From an uncultured Methanosarcinales archaeon (GTDB lineage Archaea > Halobacteriota > Methanosarcinia > Methanotrichales > Methanotrichaceae): a stretch of 64,000 nt of DNA. Made by a program: the position numbers and the translations under genes. Where the stretch lies: the NCBI GenBank assembly GCA_963843555.1, contig CAWJKV010000002.1:64001-128000 (forward strand). The letters run 5' to 3'. This document shows, piece after piece, positions 61,656-64,000 of the stretch (positions are counted from its first letter, which is position 1; each line of letters opens with the position of its first letter). Under the pieces are notes generated by a model. That model saw only the letters and a program-made list of their open reading frames with translations. It had not been told where the DNA came from and made no database searches.

Positions 61656-62122
61656 CTATTTGCCGTGAATGACATTGGCAAGTATCTGGACGATTCCGTC
61701 TTCGTTGACTTTACTGGTAGATTCAGCTCCCTGTCGAATCGAAGTGGTGACGGGAAGCCCACGGTTAAGGTCTCGAGTTTATCCGCCTGGAGGTATACTA
61801 TTCCATAAAGGATTCTGCGGCGTCAGGCCGGCATTTCTTGCTGCGGCATAGGAGAGATCGGTAACGTTCCTGCCATCGATATCCAGGATCACAAAGGTGA
61901 GGTCATTGGACCCTTCCTGCTTTGTTATCTCTGCAGCCGGAAACAGGCCAGATCCCTTGAGGCTGACTAGCTTATAGCCTCCTTTCGGAGCCGGGGCCTT
62001 CAAGCCCTTGTTCTCTCGGGGTCGCAGACGCCAGGGGCGGGGAGCCTCATTCGTTGGTCGGATCCCATTTGAATTTAGCTTCCTATTGAATACCGTCTGG
62101 ATTATGCAGTACTTTTTTCCAT
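61656..62122 (-). pseudogene. Multiply frameshifted hypothetical gene between the two DUF4157 genes
   Basis: Plausible coding pieces across frames: ..APRPWRLRP..LTFVILDIDGRNV..QNP / YGIVYLQ..GFPSPLRFDREL / VNEDGIVQILANVIHGK*. Confidence 0.55.
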
Positions 62123-62207
62123 AGTTCCCAGGTCTTCATACGACAACTGTCATTTGGTGTTAAGGCTCATGGGGACTGTGACCAAATACGTCTTTAACAG
62201 GAAGAAC

Positions 62208-63863
62208 CTATTGCCTTCGACGATTGCATTTATCTTCGGTTTCTCTTTCACTGCAGGCAAAGTCGTGATGGTGAACTGAACATTTCTTACCATCCGGTCT
62301 GTTCTGATCTAGATCGCAAATGCTGAGGAACGTTCTATCATGATTGCATAATCGCTGAGCCTCTGCCTTGTTCTTGCGATTACATTCCGTTCGACCCATC
62401 CAGATCGTATGTATTCTTCCTCCACCACACTCCTTGTCACCCTGACACTTGCAAATAGCGCAGGCGTAGGTAGCGCCAGCAATATGGGCCTCGCCGCCTC
62501 CTTCCTCTTTGCCGGCTTTTCCACTTTCTGGTGCTGGGCGACTTTCCCAACGGAGTAAAAATTGGGCCGCAGCCCTGGCGTAGTTCTCGTCAAGCGAGGC
62601 GATCAGGGCATAGGAAGACTCGATGTCGGCCTCGGCATAGATGTGCGAACCGAGGAACACATCGACCTCATCCACCGTGGTGGGTACGTCGTGTGCGGTG
62701 GCCAGCGGTTCGGCAAAACCGGCAAAGTCCCCCTCATCCACAGTCGTAATGTTGAAGGTGAGCCCGGCCGACCCTCCCTCTCCAACCGGGATTTCCAATT
62801 CGACTCTGCCCAAGTCGCGGAGCTTCGCCGCCGAGACGCCCCCGGCGGTTTTCGGCCTAAACAGTTCCCGGTCTGGAGGTGCTGGATTATCCGCTGTTCT
62901 TTCAGTAATTCGACCCCAGGTGACGCCATAGGCTTTGGCGTGCAGCCTGTCCTCGGCCTTGGCGGTGCCGTCGATGTCGCCACTAATTCTCAGTTGCATA
63001 AAGTGGTTGTCCTGGCCATCATTTTTGAAGATGTAATGCATGTTCAACTGGCGAGAGACCTGGGCTTCGCCGCCCACCTCAGTCCGCACCCAGCCCTGCT
63101 CTTGCCAGGCTCTGGCACTTCCGAAAACCTTAGCGCCCGTATCAGGGGCTGAGGCCGTACTCCGGGCGGTGCCATTTCCATTGGTGAAGGATTGTTCCCG
63201 ACCTATGTCAGGCGTCACCCGGTCCAGCCGCCATCTTCCCTGGATGCAAGGGCTAGTCAGGCGCTGGGCGACAAGCGAGGGCTGAGCCTGGTTGCCGCCG
63301 GTCTGCTGGACTACGTGGGTCAATTCGTGAGCCAAAAGGTGGCGTCCAGTCGGGGTGTGTGGGGCGTACTGGCCTGGGTCAAAGACAACATGATGGTTCA
63401 CGGTGAAGGCGTGGGCATTCATGAGTCGGGCTGCTTCACCGGCCTTGGCGTCGGTGTGAATTAGGACCGTGCTGAAGTCATAGCGGCCTTCAGATTGGGG
63501 AGCGGGCTGATGGTTAATCTGCCTGGCGACGGTGTCCGCCTCGTGTTCGAACTGATCGTGCTGCCCGCCGACGGCTAAGCGCGCTGGCACTGGGGCTGGG
63601 GTACGGACGTGTGTCTGTACTGTGCTGAAATCGTGGCTGAAGCGCGGCTCCATAAAGGCGCGGGTGGTCGGGTCGAGCGGTGCCCCTGGCGAGCGCAGCA
63701 CCTCATGCACGATAGACGGCACTCTCTTTGGAGCAGAACCAACGGCCGAGCGCTGTAATTTCTTATCCTTCTTGCGACATTCGTCGCATTTCCGCTGCAA
63801 GATGCCTCCAGCTAACGATGTTGAACTCTGCTTTTGAACTTGAGCAACCATCTGTCGGTTCAT
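62208..63863 (-). CDS. DUF4157 (eCIS core) protein with beta-rich middle and 10-Cys C-terminal domain
   Basis: LQRKCD, MEPRFSHDFS, FEHEADTVA, AHAFTV and LLAHELTHVVQQ. Confidence 0.9.
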   Translation of the reverse strand: MNRQMVAQVQKQSSTSLAGGILQRKCDECRKKDKKLQRSAVGSAPKRVPSIVHEVLRSPGAPLDPTTRAFMEPRFSHDFSTVQTHVRTPAPVPARLAVGGQHDQFEHEADTVARQINHQPAPQSEGRYDFSTVLIHTDAKAGEAARLMNAHAFTVNHHVVFDPGQYAPHTPTGRHLLAHELTHVVQQTGGNQAQPSLVAQRLTSPCIQGRWRLDRVTPDIGREQSFTNGNGTARSTASAPDTGAKVFGSARAWQEQGWVRTEVGGEAQVSRQLNMHYIFKNDGQDNHFMQLRISGDIDGTAKAEDRLHAKAYGVTWGRITERTADNPAPPDRELFRPKTAGGVSAAKLRDLGRVELEIPVGEGGSAGLTFNITTVDEGDFAGFAEPLATAHDVPTTVDEVDVFLGSHIYAEADIESSYALIASLDENYARAAAQFLLRWESRPAPESGKAGKEEGGGEAHIAGATYACAICKCQGDKECGGGRIHTIWMGRTECNRKNKAEAQRLCNHDRTFLSICDLDQNRPDGKKCSVHHHDFACSERETEDKCNRRRQ

Positions 63864-64000
63864 CTCCCCACTCCTCCGTAAACTGCCTTCGCAATCTGTC
63901 TGCCTATTTGAGCCGGGCTTCCCCCGATGGACTTGATTCCATCCGCTCGCACAGACGGCACCGCTCCACCCGAGGCCAGCTCAGGTGCCAGTCCGCCTTC
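63860..64000 (-). CDS. Small eCIS-associated protein, 3' part (5' end outside the window)
   Basis: Open frame EGGLAPELASGGAVPSV..QIGRQIAKAVYGGVGR*, with ATGA overlap into the DUF4157 gene. Confidence 0.7.
   Translation of the reverse strand, partial: EGGLAPELASGGAVPSVRADGIKSIGGSPAQIGRQIAKAVYGGVGR

Noticed and set aside
1..64000. CRISPR array
   Set aside because: No run of regularly spaced 25-40 bp repeats with unique spacers was seen. The repeats found have only two or three copies.

Overview
Chromosomal window from a methanogenic archaeon, most likely Methanothrix/Methanosarcinales (inferred from AglB, archaeal tRNA-Leu, DUF1638 and a Methanothrix-like secreted protein). Bases 1-44 kb are a mosaic of accessory and metabolic genes: an AT-rich methyltransferase, CopB, glutaminyl cyclase, dodecin, a bacterial/haloarchaeal-type HMG-CoA synthase, a GC-rich arylsulfatase with HAD and DUF1269-like neighbours, a C39 peptidase fusion, an ABC-2 exporter between duplicated PAP2 genes, glgP-ppsA-gap, a P3A H+-ATPase and a CoA-transferase-GNAT fusion. 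IS256, ISAzo13, IS66 and IS1634 remnants and several gene relics are interspersed. Downstream of tRNA-Leu(CAA), 47.1-64 kb (minus strand) is the distal half of an extracellular contractile injection system (eCIS/phage-tail-like) operon: tube initiator, LysM, hub, gp5 spike, PAAR-like tip, gp25, two baseplate wedges (one frameshifted), a tail protein and DUF6519. It also carries two DUF4157 proteins with a shared N-terminus but unrelated Cys-rich C-termini, plus a relic third DUF4157 copy. Sheath, tube and ATPase genes are not in the window and presumably lie beyond 64000. All family assignments come from motif recognition, not database searches.
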